Virus record (IMG/VR): IMGVR_UViG_3300020165_000035
Span: 1 to 45,296 of that record
Length of the DNA stretch: 45,296 bases
Origin: a virus
Reading direction: 5' to 3' (one strand)
This document shows positions 1-11,176 of this stretch, piece by piece; within the stretch, counting starts at the first letter, position 1, and each line of letters starts with the position of its first letter. The notes beneath the pieces were generated by a model that saw only the letters and a list, made by a program, of their open reading frames with translations, did no database searches and had not been told where the DNA came from. The position numbers and the translations under genes are program-made.

Positions 1-1
1 C

Positions 2-1177
2 AGTCCAAACACCAGCACCCAGTGCATAAAAATAATCAGCAGTATCTTCGGTTGGAGCAGACAATCTCTTGGTTGCCCAACAGACAGGTCTTGCGCTTAA
101 TCCGATAGCATTTGTTTGCCATCCAATGTCAGTTCGATTACTCATATCCATTTCGTGACAGATAATTCGTTCACCGTTGATGATAATACCCCAACGAATA
201 GAACCTCCCGCCAAAACTTGATAATCGTAGAAATATTGGTTTGCCGTTGTGACATCAAGTGTCACACCTGATCTGTTGCTGTTGCCACCAGCACCATCCA
301 GACGATCTCCGTTCCAATTTGCCTGTGATATGACTGTTTCGGATTGAACACCGTCAAAGGTTCTACGGTGTACGACAGAAAGACCTGACCCAGTAAGACG
401 GAACATAAATCCATCGGTTGCATCAAATGGTCCCCAGTTTCTCACACAGGTTGCTTTACCAGTATCAGGAACCACAGTACCCATAATAACGAAGACGCCA
501 GAACCATATGATAATGGGTGATAGAGATGCGAAGTGTTTGTTGCAAGGTCTCCAGAAGCGCCATTGCCGAGATTGCCTTCTAAACCAAGACGTATCCATT
601 TCTTACCTGGATCCCAAACTGCTGTGCCAGAACCTAAAAGAGAGTTAGCAAATTGATCAGGCATTGCGCTAACATCAAAATTGTATCTGGCAAGAACTTT
701 AGAGTTAGCAATACGCAACTGACCATAAGCAGCAAGTTCTGGTTGTCCTTCCGAAAACCTAATGTTTGCCGCGCCGAAACGATCAATTTCTAATCCATAC
801 TCTGGATTGTCGTATCCCATAAGGTGTGTTGTAGGAACATAAACATCGTATGCAACTCCTACTTTACAGATGGGAGTACCGTTATAAGAAATTACTGCAA
901 GCGCTTCGGGTACTGCATTTTCAAATTTAGCAGATGCGTTGTAGTGAACCGCAAGAATACCTGTACCATCACCTTTATCATAAACACCGTGAACGTGAAC
1001 ATCACCACCTAAAAATCCAACAATGTCATATCGTTTACCAATATTCCAAACGTGACCGGTATCTCCACCTTGTGCATCTAATTTTTGAACAAATTCGATC
1101 TCGGCAGTATGGACCATGTACAAACGGTCACCCGTACTCTCCGGTGGTATCCTAGTAAATCGTTTTTCGCCTGCCAT
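2..1177 (-). CDS. Uncharacterised virion-type protein, 3'-truncated by the window edge (392 codons visible); absent from the ORF track
   Basis: ATG at 1177-1175 with AGGA upstream and a TATAAATA box at 1214-1221. The frame reads MAGEKRFTRIPPESTGDRLY...QANWNGDRLDGAGG...YDYQVLAGGSIRWGIIING...GAGVWT with no stop before position 2. Confidence 0.85.
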   Translation of the reverse strand, partial: MAGEKRFTRIPPESTGDRLYMVHTAEIEFVQKLDAQGGDTGHVWNIGKRYDIVGFLGGDVHVHGVYDKGDGTGILAVHYNASAKFENAVPEALAVISYNGTPICKVGVAYDVYVPTTHLMGYDNPEYGLEIDRFGAANIRFSEGQPELAAYGQLRIANSKVLARYNFDVSAMPDQFANSLLGSGTAVWDPGKKWIRLGLEGNLGNGASGDLATNTSHLYHPLSYGSGVFVIMGTVVPDTGKATCVRNWGPFDATDGFMFRLTGSGLSVVHRRTFDGVQSETVISQANWNGDRLDGAGGNSNRSGVTLDVTTANQYFYDYQVLAGGSIRWGIIINGERIICHEMDMSNRTDIGWQTNAIGLSARPVCWATKRLSAPTEDTADYFYALGAGVWT

Positions 1178-1213
1178 TATTGAATCCTGTTAATAATTTT
1201 TTCTTAATAGTTC

Positions 1214-1221
1214 TATTTATA
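1214..1221 (-). promoter_or_regulatory. T4-type late promoter TATAAATA
   Basis: TATTTATA on + at 1214-1221, intergenic, 37 nt upstream of the ATG at 1177. Confidence 0.75.
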
Positions 1222-1225
1222 CTGG

Positions 1226-3058
1226 TTATGGGTTAGAAAACACCCTATCTGCACGTTGTGATATTTGAATGTTCTGTGATGTTGTGTATGAATCGACAAT
1301 AGTATCCGCAATAAAACCTGTATTGAATGCTTTAATGTATAAAGTCGCACCACTATTTGCATTAAACGTGAAAGTATTTGCGTTCGTGGTTCCACCCGCA
1401 GTACCGTTGACCGCAGTACTACCGACATCTACACCACCTGTTAAATTTTCTACTCTCGAAATGACGGTGGGTGCATCGTATGGCGTAACGTCATCCCTAG
1501 AATCAAGAACTACTATTTCAGTACCATCAAGTATATTTGTCAACGTCAGTGCAACGGAATTGATTATGTTTACAGTCAACGATCCACCACCAGTAATCCC
1601 TGTAATATCGGTTTCTACTGTGGGAATTGTTGCGCTATTCAATACATTAATATCTACTACAATAGTGTTTCCACCTGTTGCAGTAATCTTTATTGCACCG
1701 TTCGCGGTAGTTGAAATACCGTTTCCTGCAACACCAGTCCATCTATTACTTGGAGAAACAAGTTCATTACCATTCCAGTCTACCGTTGCACTTGATGTCA
1801 CTGTTCCCAAATCAACAGCATTTCCTGTTGCTGAAATTGTACTGAATAGTGAATTAGTCGCTAAATTAATAGTAGAAGGTGTTGATATAAGTCCAGCAGA
1901 ACTTTGAGGATTTTCAAACGTACACGATGTAAACGTACCACCACCCTGTGTTACATCATTACATCTACGAAAGGTTGTATCAACCAACGTGCTATTGGAT
2001 TGAAAGATGAACGAATCCATTGCCGTGAAAGAACAACCAGTAAAGTTTACGGTAGCATTATCAACGACAGTTATACTTCCTAATGATCTAATTGCATTAG
2101 AAACAAACTGTACGGTTTCCCAGTTAACAGTGCTACCTGTGCCTCTGATTTCTATCAAGTTGAACTGATCAGTAATTTTTCTCGTATCGTCTATACTGAT
2201 GTTTTCATTAGCGGCATCAAAGTAGACGTTAGTTCCCGTCAATCCTAAATTCAACAACCCTTTGTATATGTAACCGCCCGTTACTGCCTGAAAGATTCCA
2301 AGACGATGAAATCCAGTATCTACTGAAGTCCAAGTTGCTCCACCTGACCCAGTAGTCGCACTACCACCACCATTGTAATCGTTAAACTCTGCAATCTGTG
2401 CAAAGTTGGCGGCAGAACTAGAAAGTGCACCAGATGCGGTATTATCTACTGCGGTGTTGGTTCCACCAGTGACTTCAATATCACACCTTCCGTAACGAAT
2501 AACATCTACCTTGTAACCCTGACCTTTACCTGGTGTTGTTGTAGTTGCCGCCGCCCATCCTACATGAGTATAGTTTTCATTAGCAGGGGTGCCGTTTGGA
2601 ATTTCATCTTCATTAATGACAGGATTTGTTAGAGTGACGTTAGCAAGTTGGTCATGGTTGCTTTGGGCAAGATTTTTCCAACCACCGTAAGTATAGTTCT
2701 CTTGTCCAAAATGATAGTATGCATAGAAGTTACTAGTTCCGGTTCCAATACACATTCTAACACCGTTGTTGGCGTTTAGACCAACCGATGCATCGTATTT
2801 AATCCACGTTAAAATAGCACCATCTGTAGGAACAGTTAATGCGGTGCCGACACCAAGTAAGGCACTTACACCCGCGCCGTTTGCAGGACCTGGTTGACCA
2901 GAAGTACACTCAGCACCTTGAATGAAATCGTCGGTATCACCTTCCGTGGTTGCCGCTCGCATATCATTGTAGCCGGTATTGTTTGCGGGTTCGCTCCAAG
3001 TCTCAGAGGAGAGACCTTCGAGGAATGTGGTCAGATTTGTTGAGTATGTTCCTGCCAT
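1226..3058 (-). CDS. Putative virion structural protein (610 aa, Thr/Gly/Asn-rich, central beta-helix-like segment)
   Basis: Long ORF in operon orientation. The segment VNFTGCSF/LVDTTFRRC/TFTSCTFEN resembles short parallel beta-helix repeats. No family recognised. Confidence 0.6.
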   Translation of the reverse strand: MAGTYSTNLTTFLEGLSSETWSEPANNTGYNDMRAATTEGDTDDFIQGAECTSGQPGPANGAGVSALLGVGTALTVPTDGAILTWIKYDASVGLNANNGVRMCIGTGTSNFYAYYHFGQENYTYGGWKNLAQSNHDQLANVTLTNPVINEDEIPNGTPANENYTHVGWAAATTTTPGKGQGYKVDVIRYGRCDIEVTGGTNTAVDNTASGALSSSAANFAQIAEFNDYNGGGSATTGSGGATWTSVDTGFHRLGIFQAVTGGYIYKGLLNLGLTGTNVYFDAANENISIDDTRKITDQFNLIEIRGTGSTVNWETVQFVSNAIRSLGSITVVDNATVNFTGCSFTAMDSFIFQSNSTLVDTTFRRCNDVTQGGGTFTSCTFENPQSSAGLISTPSTINLATNSLFSTISATGNAVDLGTVTSSATVDWNGNELVSPSNRWTGVAGNGISTTANGAIKITATGGNTIVVDINVLNSATIPTVETDITGITGGGSLTVNIINSVALTLTNILDGTEIVVLDSRDDVTPYDAPTVISRVENLTGGVDVGSTAVNGTAGGTTNANTFTFNANSGATLYIKAFNTGFIADTIVDSYTTSQNIQISQRADRVFSNP

Positions 3059-3064
3059 TTTTTG

Positions 3065-3265
3065 TTATGCATCTTCTTGTTTGTCTAGCGCTTCTTGATC
3101 TTCGATTTGTTGTTTCAATTTTAAAACATCTTCAAGCACAAAAGTCCAAGCGAGGGTGTCATCATCAACCCCCGCTTGGATCTTGTTTAGTTGCACTGCA
3201 AACATCAATTCATCTTCACTCATGCTGAGAACATCAGCAGCATCTTTCTTACTTAATAAAGTCAT
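3065..3265 (-). CDS. Small acidic protein with a Xis/MerR-like winged-HTH pattern (66 aa)
   Basis: LLSKKDAADVLSMSEDELMFAV...I.A...W.F..EDV follows the excisionase-type HTH spacing. It fills the gap between two long ORFs. Confidence 0.55.
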   Translation of the reverse strand: MTLLSKKDAADVLSMSEDELMFAVQLNKIQAGVDDDTLAWTFVLEDVLKLKQQIEDQEALDKQEDA

Positions 3266-3287
3266 ATTATATTCCAGTTATGTAAAA

Positions 3288-5879
3288 TTATACAGGATCA
3301 GAGTAGTTTCTTTCCTTAGCAGCAACGAGACTGATTGTAATCGGAGCAGTAGACTTCGGTATATTTGTAGGAGCAGATTCTACAAACTGTCCTTCTTCAA
3401 GACCAATTGCTCTTGCAACCACTACTGCGTCATACACGTTATCACCAGTGCCTACATTACCACCAGAATTGGTCGAACCTGCTTGGGTTCTACCGCCCTG
3501 CACGTTTGTCGTATATGCAAAACCCTTGGTGATTGTTGCGGCATTAATATCTACTGCAATATCAGCACCAGTATCATCCTGCACCACAATTGTTTGTGGT
3601 GAGTTGATGGGGTTCTCACGCATAATACAATTACCTATACCAGAAGCTTCAGGAACAATCGTGGCACCATCAACCTTGAAGAGTGTGAAATCCGTTGCAG
3701 TTGCAATTGATTCTACTCTCCACAATCCATTGTTTGATGCTGTTGGAAACCCTTGAATATCCAAATAGTCATCAACAACAAGACTTGTACTTGGGAAGTT
3801 TACAGCACCACTGGTAGTGGTAAACTGTGCGGCACCAGCACTAGGGTTTCCAATCGTCACAGTATTAGTCACGTTGAACTGTTTGGTGTATTGGAAGAAC
3901 AACCAAACCTTACCGTCATTAACGCCACCTGAACTAAACAAGTTATCGTTAAATGAAAGTATGATTGACGTTACGAACGGGAATGCTCTAGCTTCCCCTC
4001 CGTTATCAACGAAAGTTAAAATGTTGAGATCTTCTGGTTTGAATCCTTCAATGATTACACCATTACCAGCAGAACTGGTAACAGGGTTTTCAGAAGCGCC
4101 AGATTCTGAACCAGATCTTAAATTGTCACCCGTAAAGAACAGAAGTTCTGTTGCGAGCGAACCTGTGACCGCATCAGCAGCAACGCTTGTTGCGTTAATA
4201 TCAGAATTTTGTCGCAATTGATACTGAACAGATTCAAAAATCTCTTGAGTCGTTGCAACAACGGGCGTTGCTCTCTGCAATGTAAAGGAAGCACCAGTAT
4301 CTGCTGTTGCTGTTGCGTCAAGCACGATAGTGTTTGCATCAGTAACGCTGACAATACCATAACTGGCTTTTGCATTACCCTCATGAATTGTTAATGTTCC
4401 ACCTACAAAGGTAGCATCAGTTGCCCATGGAGAGTCAGCACTAGTGAAAGTGGTTGTTCCGTTTGTTACACCATCAACACCAGAAACCGTACCTACGTCA
4501 ATTACAACACCAAAACTTCGTGGGCTACCACCCTCGACATCTACTTCTCGGGTAAATGCATTAGTGTTGAAGTAACGGATTTTAACCTCAGTCCATGGAG
4601 AGGTTACTGCAATCGTTGCATCTTCTTCACTAATTTTAAGATCGGTTGCGTTGGTAAGGGGGAATCGGAATACTTTGTTGTCAAGACCCGATGCATCAGC
4701 ACCAATTGCCGCAAGATCAGAAAACCCGAATGTCTTACCGTTTGTATCACCACCATTTTCTGGTTCACGCAAGAAGATGTTCAGAATGTTTCTGTTATTC
4801 ACTGCCGCAGTAAACGTGGTATTGGTCGCATCATTCGCAAGCAAACCATTAGTCAACGTTATTGTATCATTCGTCGTAGAAACAGTCGTAATGGTGTCAA
4901 TGGTGTATGTTCCACCGACAGCAGCAGTTAAGTCACCAGCAGTATCAGATGTTACAACTGTAATCTGACCACCTTCTTTGAAACCTAGTGTTTTGAAGTT
5001 AACAACACCAGCACCGCTTGAGGTAATAGTGTTAGCACTACCATTTCCTGCAATAGCAATGTCGCCCAATGAAGTTTTGTAACTGTAAGTAGTAACAACT
5101 TCGTTAACGGGACCAAAGAATGAGAAGTCTGTTGGGGCAGTGGTGTCAGTAATATCGTCACCCTGCTGGAAGTATGCTTTGTCATTCGTAGCGTCTTCAA
5201 ACGTACCCAAAGATACGATAGAAGCAAATTCGTCGTTAAGAGTTCCGTTTACTGCAACTTCTCGGAAACCACCAGTACGGATTAACTGAGTTGCCTCATA
5301 CGTGGTGCCTTTACCAACTGCTCCACGGTGGAATGTCCACCCAGAACTTAATTCGAACTGTTCTGGTGTAATAGCAGTGAAAGGGAATGGGTGCACGATA
5401 AGAGTGTTGTCGTTTTTCCATTCTTCTTTTGCAAATGAGTATAAGAACTGGAGAATAACACCAGTATCCGTAGCATTGACACCGCCTGTTAAACTACCTT
5501 GACCTGGGATTAACCAGATCTCACGTTTAATAGTGTCAAAGAATACTGATTTTTCTTCTGTTACGGTTCCATCGTCATGAAGCGCACTAGCGCCAGTGTT
5601 ATCTACCGCAGAGTTTTGAGGATCAGCAGCAGAACCGCCTACTTTAGAAGCAGTGACAGATCCCGTAGTAGGCGACCCGCCGTCTTCTAAATAGAGTCCA
5701 TTGTTTTCGGGGTTAATTGCCCCACGAATTTCGAAATAATCTCCCGCAGTAATGGTCGGAAGAGAAGTACCTGCTGATGTAATCGTGACTTGCGCTCCGG
5801 TTTGACCGGAGAATCGCATATCTGCAACGGCAGTTTCTAAACCCTGACTTAACTGATCGGGATCGTTAATGATCGCCAT
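3288..5879 (-). CDS. Putative virion structural protein (863 aa, beta-rich)
   Basis: Long ORF downstream of a late promoter (5943-5950), with T/G/A/V-rich composition typical of virion appendages. No family recognised with certainty. Confidence 0.6.
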   Translation of the reverse strand: MAIINDPDQLSQGLETAVADMRFSGQTGAQVTITSAGTSLPTITAGDYFEIRGAINPENNGLYLEDGGSPTTGSVTASKVGGSAADPQNSAVDNTGASALHDDGTVTEEKSVFFDTIKREIWLIPGQGSLTGGVNATDTGVILQFLYSFAKEEWKNDNTLIVHPFPFTAITPEQFELSSGWTFHRGAVGKGTTYEATQLIRTGGFREVAVNGTLNDEFASIVSLGTFEDATNDKAYFQQGDDITDTTAPTDFSFFGPVNEVVTTYSYKTSLGDIAIAGNGSANTITSSGAGVVNFKTLGFKEGGQITVVTSDTAGDLTAAVGGTYTIDTITTVSTTNDTITLTNGLLANDATNTTFTAAVNNRNILNIFLREPENGGDTNGKTFGFSDLAAIGADASGLDNKVFRFPLTNATDLKISEEDATIAVTSPWTEVKIRYFNTNAFTREVDVEGGSPRSFGVVIDVGTVSGVDGVTNGTTTFTSADSPWATDATFVGGTLTIHEGNAKASYGIVSVTDANTIVLDATATADTGASFTLQRATPVVATTQEIFESVQYQLRQNSDINATSVAADAVTGSLATELLFFTGDNLRSGSESGASENPVTSSAGNGVIIEGFKPEDLNILTFVDNGGEARAFPFVTSIILSFNDNLFSSGGVNDGKVWLFFQYTKQFNVTNTVTIGNPSAGAAQFTTTSGAVNFPSTSLVVDDYLDIQGFPTASNNGLWRVESIATATDFTLFKVDGATIVPEASGIGNCIMRENPINSPQTIVVQDDTGADIAVDINAATITKGFAYTTNVQGGRTQAGSTNSGGNVGTGDNVYDAVVVARAIGLEEGQFVESAPTNIPKSTAPITISLVAAKERNYSDPV

Positions 5880-5942
5880 ATCATTTTCCTTTTTTTAGTC
5901 TTTAAAAATCGCTGTATACATAAAGCAAGTTAGTAACGCTAT

Positions 5943-5950
5943 TATTTATA
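5943..5950 (-). promoter_or_regulatory. T4-type late promoter TATAAATA
   Basis: TATTTATA on + at 5943-5950, intergenic, upstream of the 863-aa gene. Confidence 0.75.
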
Positions 5951-5954
5951 AGAA

Positions 5955-7059
<1,105 letters not shown>

Positions 7060-7073
<14 letters not shown>

Positions 7074-8766
7074 TCAATTTGCTCATAAACCGAGTCATGT
7101 TTTCGAGAAGTTCATCTTCTTGTGACGGGATATAGGTTTCTTTCTTGTCAGTTTTTTTCTTTTCTACCTCACCGCCATTAACGTTAATGTTAATAGGCGC
7201 TGCCTGTGGCGATTCTGGTGCCGCTGGTGCCTCAGGAGGACCATCAGCAGCAGCAGCAGGTTCTTCTGCATCCATGCCGCCCTCATTATCTTCGCCTTCC
7301 ATTTGTTTCTGAACTTCTTTTATTTCATCGTCGTCCATTCTAAGAACATTTTTCCATATCCATTCTTTAGATATATACTCACCCGCAAATTGAGTTGCCT
7401 CACTCATAAGACCTAAACGCTCACGCATTATTTCGGATTCTTTTAATTCGACATAATGATTGTCTTTAATAAAATCTACTTGAATGTCACCTTTCCATTG
7501 ATCCCAATCTTGCTCAGTAATAACACCTTTAAGAATCAATTGTTTTTTGAGGATATTTAGGAAAATGTGTGAGAATTTTCTGCGAAGTCTGTCGATAAAT
7601 TTTTGGAATTTAATCTCATCCCTAGTAATTTCATTTGATCGACCAAGAGAAAAATTGTTTTCTTGTTCTAACCTCTGGGCAGGAACGTTTAATGAACGGT
7701 ATAATCTTTTTTGGAAATAAAGTATATCATCAATCTGACCTAAGTTATCTCCCCCAGGAAGTGTTGAGATTTCGGTTCCTCGTCCACCTTCTCGTCTTGG
7801 CAACCAAAAGTCTTCGAGCATAGACATATGTTTACGATCATCTTTGAGTTCGCCGGTGTTTGCATCGTAGACTAATTTGTTACGATACTTTGCCATGATG
7901 TCTTTCATGTACTGCTCTGCCTTACCGCGAGGTAAGTTACCTACGTCGATATAGAAAATTCTACGTTCTGGCGCACGAGCAAGACGATAGATGACTAACG
8001 AGTCTTCCATCATTCGTAATTGATTAATAGGTTTAAGTGCCTTATGTAAGTGGGACACAACTTTCTTTTTTGTTTCGTCTAAAAGACCAGACGTTACATA
8101 GGTAATAGAATCGGTAGAGAATTTTACTGCACCAGCTTGTTGATTTATGCCGGGTTTTTCTTCGTAGATATAAAACTCGTCCACGTTGTCAATAATTTTT
8201 ACCCCAGTCTTGGGGTCTTTCTTAGTAGAAATATTTTTAACTTTTCGAATTTTGGCAGCATCGATGTTTCTAATTTCTTTAACACCTTGCTTTGGGTTTG
8301 CTTCGTCGATAAGAAGATGATAAAATATCCTACCATCAATATACCACGAGCGAAAAATATCATGACCTAAATCTGTAAAGTTTAGCATGTTCAGAATCTG
8401 CTTAAACTCTTCTGTCATAGTTTTTTTAATTTTAGTTGTTGCATCTATATCGTCCAGATTAATTTGGACGTTCATTTCTAACTCTGATGAGGTGATGCTT
8501 TCGTTTACAATTTCTTCAACTGCCATATCTACTTCTGAGTTCTGTGAAACTCCTCGATATCGCATAATTAATTGGTGCACATCTTTGGCATTATCTCCAT
8601 CGATGTTAACATACTGACCAAAATAACCAGCAGATGATGTTACATATCCTGCTCCATCATTGTCAGTAGGAGGAACCACAGATTTAAGGTCAGGTGTTTT
8701 AGCAACACCCTTACCCGATTTTTTGATTTCAAAACCAAAAAGTTTAAATAAAGTATCGTCCGACAT
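7060..8766 (-). CDS. gp20: T4-like portal vertex protein
   Basis: Hallmark motifs LRMMEDSLVIYRLARAPERRIFYIDVGNLP, MSMLEDFWLPRREGGRGTEISTLPGG and EITRDEIKFQKFIDRLR. It follows the tail tube gene as in T4. Confidence 0.97.
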
Positions 8767-8784
8767 GTGATCCTCATAGGAAAT

Positions 8785-8812
8785 TAAACAAAGGGAGCCT
8801 TAAAGACTCCCT
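8785..8812 (-). terminator. Rho-independent terminator after the tail tube gene
   Basis: The minus strand reads AGGGAGTC-TTTAA-GGCTCCCT followed by TTGTTT, 16 nt past the gp19 stop. Confidence 0.75.
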
Positions 8813-8813
8813 A

Positions 8814-8821
8814 TATCTATA
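8814..8821 (-). promoter_or_regulatory. Possible variant late promoter (TATAGATA) upstream of the portal gene
   Basis: One mismatch to TATAAATA, intergenic. It lies immediately before the hairpin, which weakens the call. Confidence 0.3.
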
Positions 8822-8827
8822 ACGCTA

Positions 8828-9355
8828 TTAACTAGTTGTATTTGACTCCCAGTATTGAACTGCGAATTCAACGTCGAACTGCTCAATAGTAGTTGCTTGG
8901 TCGTAATCCAAAGCAATAGCACCTACACTGATGGGGAAGCATCCACGAAAAGTGTATTTTTTCAACACAGATTCGTCTCTATCAAGTTGTTCTACAATAA
9001 GATCCGCTTGATAGTCTGCGGGATTAACAAGACCTGTATTAGCAGAATGCGAGTTAATACCATTTATCCATCGTTCGAAAGAATCTCGTGATACAAATCC
9101 TGTATCATTCATGATGGTAACAGTCCAGTTTTCAAAAGTTCTGTCTCCTGCCATCTTGAGTATTCTTCCACGAAATGGAACTTCAATTACACCCGTAGTA
9201 GAAGCAGGTAATTGTGCAGTTCTGCAAAGGAAAGATGTCAGTTCGACATCTCCCCCAGCATATCCCGGAAAGTTCAGTGTAACCTTAAAAAGATTAGCAC
9301 GTGCACCACCACCGGTTAGTTTTGACTTAAAGTCATCGACTCCTAAAATTGCCAT
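8828..9355 (-). CDS. gp19: T4-like tail tube protein
   Basis: DDFKSKLTGGGARANLFKV, EVPFRGRILKMAGDRTFENWTVTIMND, and a C-terminal F.VQYWE. Located between sheath and portal. Confidence 0.96.
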   Translation of the reverse strand: MAILGVDDFKSKLTGGGARANLFKVTLNFPGYAGGDVELTSFLCRTAQLPASTTGVIEVPFRGRILKMAGDRTFENWTVTIMNDTGFVSRDSFERWINGINSHSANTGLVNPADYQADLIVEQLDRDESVLKKYTFRGCFPISVGAIALDYDQATTIEQFDVEFAVQYWESNTTS

Positions 9356-9366
9356 CTAGACTCTCC

Positions 9367-11091
9367 TTATACTGTGCCAGTAACTTCTTCAAACTCAACA
9401 CCTGATCTAACTGCCACGAAATTAAGCGTGATAAAGTTGATCGAACGTGCGGGTTTGACAAAGATACTTGCCACAAAACGGTTGCTATCGATTACGTTTG
9501 CCGTGTTGTTTGTTTCGTCACAAACTACTCGGAAATCTGTAATCCCTCTTCGCCCTTGAATCTCTCGTAAGAAAGGTTCTACAATACCTACAAACTCTGA
9601 TCGAGTAAACTCGTCGTTGAACTCAAACAGAACATTTGATGATGCTGCTTTGATTGCTCTTTCAATTACAAGGAACAACCTACGAACATTGATTCTGTCA
9701 AACGCCGAAGGTCTTGACTCTTTGGTCTTGTCGCCGTATAATAGAATGCCCTGTCCTGGCAGATTAACAATTGGATTAATCCCTTTCTTGTATAAAAGAT
9801 CGCGCTTGCTTCTATCTGCATTCCACGCAAGAGAAGTAACACCAAAGTATTGTCCTCTTCGTTGTCCTGCGGGTGAGAACCATGGAGCAGATACTTGATC
9901 TGTCAATGCCATCAAACCAGCAGTAGAACTTGCAGCAGGAATCATTAAATACTGATCGTTATACTTATCGTATACTTTCAGAAAGTTATTATCGCAGATT
10001 AGATATGAAGATGGAGCATAATTTAAAGTACTAGCAAGAATTGCATTCGTAATATCTGTTGCGTTTGCTTGATTAAGAACAGCGTCTCTGCTTGGAGAAG
10101 TTACCACCACACAATCTTTTCTCGTTGAAGCAGCAATACCTACCATATAATCGACAACAGTTTTATGGTCTGCATCACTAACCATAGAAGGTGCGATGAG
10201 GAAGTCTACCGTAATGTTTTCTGGATCATTAAATGTATCGAAACCAGTTTGATAATCGCCAGTGTCTAACGCGGGTGATTGTACCCCTCCGGAAAGTGCC
10301 AGACTAGCAACCGCATTGCCTCCTGCACTAGCAAAAGATGCTGATAAAACACCAACATCGGTGTAATCAGTAATATCAGATGCTCTTACAAAGTTAGATT
10401 TGTTGTTTAATACATTAATTATGAAATTGTCTGTACCATCAGGAGTTTTAGCGTCTCCTGCTAAAGAAAGATAAGCAAATGATTCAAGGACAGTTCCTGG
10501 AACACCAGAAAATACACCGTCAGAGTCTATGACCAAAGCATGAACTTCATCTAGTGGATTAGTAAGACCAGAAGCATTTTTCACATAAGAAGAAGATCCG
10601 GGAGCAGTATCAAATTGATCTTGATATGCAGAATCCCATGAAGCAAAAGCAGTATCGGTAGTGCTTGCAGGGCAAAGTTTTACTGCTATGCTATTACCTG
10701 CGGCACCTGGATATTTTGCTAAAATTTCTTGTGTTAATAACCCTGATTTTTTGAAGTCCCAATCAACATCGTTTTTAATTAATGTAGCTGATCCAGCATG
10801 TGATGCGTTCACGGCATTTGTGTTTACTGTTCGAGTTACGTAAAGTGTGCTTGCATATTTAAGGAAGTAAGATGCTGATAAAAAATCAACAGCACTACTA
10901 TCTTTAATTAATGAGGGCGAACCAAACGCTTCTACTAATCCTGCTTCGTTACTAATTAAAATCGGTTGTTCAACTGGTCCCCAATTAAAGTCTCCCACAA
11001 ACGCTCCAGTAGAGGTATCGACTGCTGGCACTACGCCACTAAGATCGATTTCCTTTACGGTTATGTTTGGAGACGCGAATTGATTTGCCAT
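9367..11091 (-). CDS. gp18: T4-like contractile tail sheath protein
   Basis: FASPNITVKEIDLS, G.F.WGP, WFSPAG..RG, SAFDRINVRRLFL, FEFNDEFTR, and KPARSINFITLNFVA.RSGVEFEEV. Confidence 0.97.
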   Translation of the reverse strand: MANQFASPNITVKEIDLSGVVPAVDTSTGAFVGDFNWGPVEQPILISNEAGLVEAFGSPSLIKDSSAVDFLSASYFLKYASTLYVTRTVNTNAVNASHAGSATLIKNDVDWDFKKSGLLTQEILAKYPGAAGNSIAVKLCPASTTDTAFASWDSAYQDQFDTAPGSSSYVKNASGLTNPLDEVHALVIDSDGVFSGVPGTVLESFAYLSLAGDAKTPDGTDNFIINVLNNKSNFVRASDITDYTDVGVLSASFASAGGNAVASLALSGGVQSPALDTGDYQTGFDTFNDPENITVDFLIAPSMVSDADHKTVVDYMVGIAASTRKDCVVVTSPSRDAVLNQANATDITNAILASTLNYAPSSYLICDNNFLKVYDKYNDQYLMIPAASSTAGLMALTDQVSAPWFSPAGQRRGQYFGVTSLAWNADRSKRDLLYKKGINPIVNLPGQGILLYGDKTKESRPSAFDRINVRRLFLVIERAIKAASSNVLFEFNDEFTRSEFVGIVEPFLREIQGRRGITDFRVVCDETNNTANVIDSNRFVASIFVKPARSINFITLNFVAVRSGVEFEEVTGTV

Positions 11092-11157
11092 AATCGTGTC
11101 CTTTTTTTCGTTTACCTATGATAAGAAAACATAATGCGGTATTAATCTCAATGCTTT

Positions 11158-11165
11158 TATTTATA
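11158..11165 (-). promoter_or_regulatory. T4-type late promoter TATAAATA
   Basis: TATTTATA on + at 11158-11165, between gp17 and gp18. It shares the context AATTGTTATAAATAAAA with the 38876 site. Confidence 0.8.
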
Positions 11166-11176
11166 ACAATTGAGAT

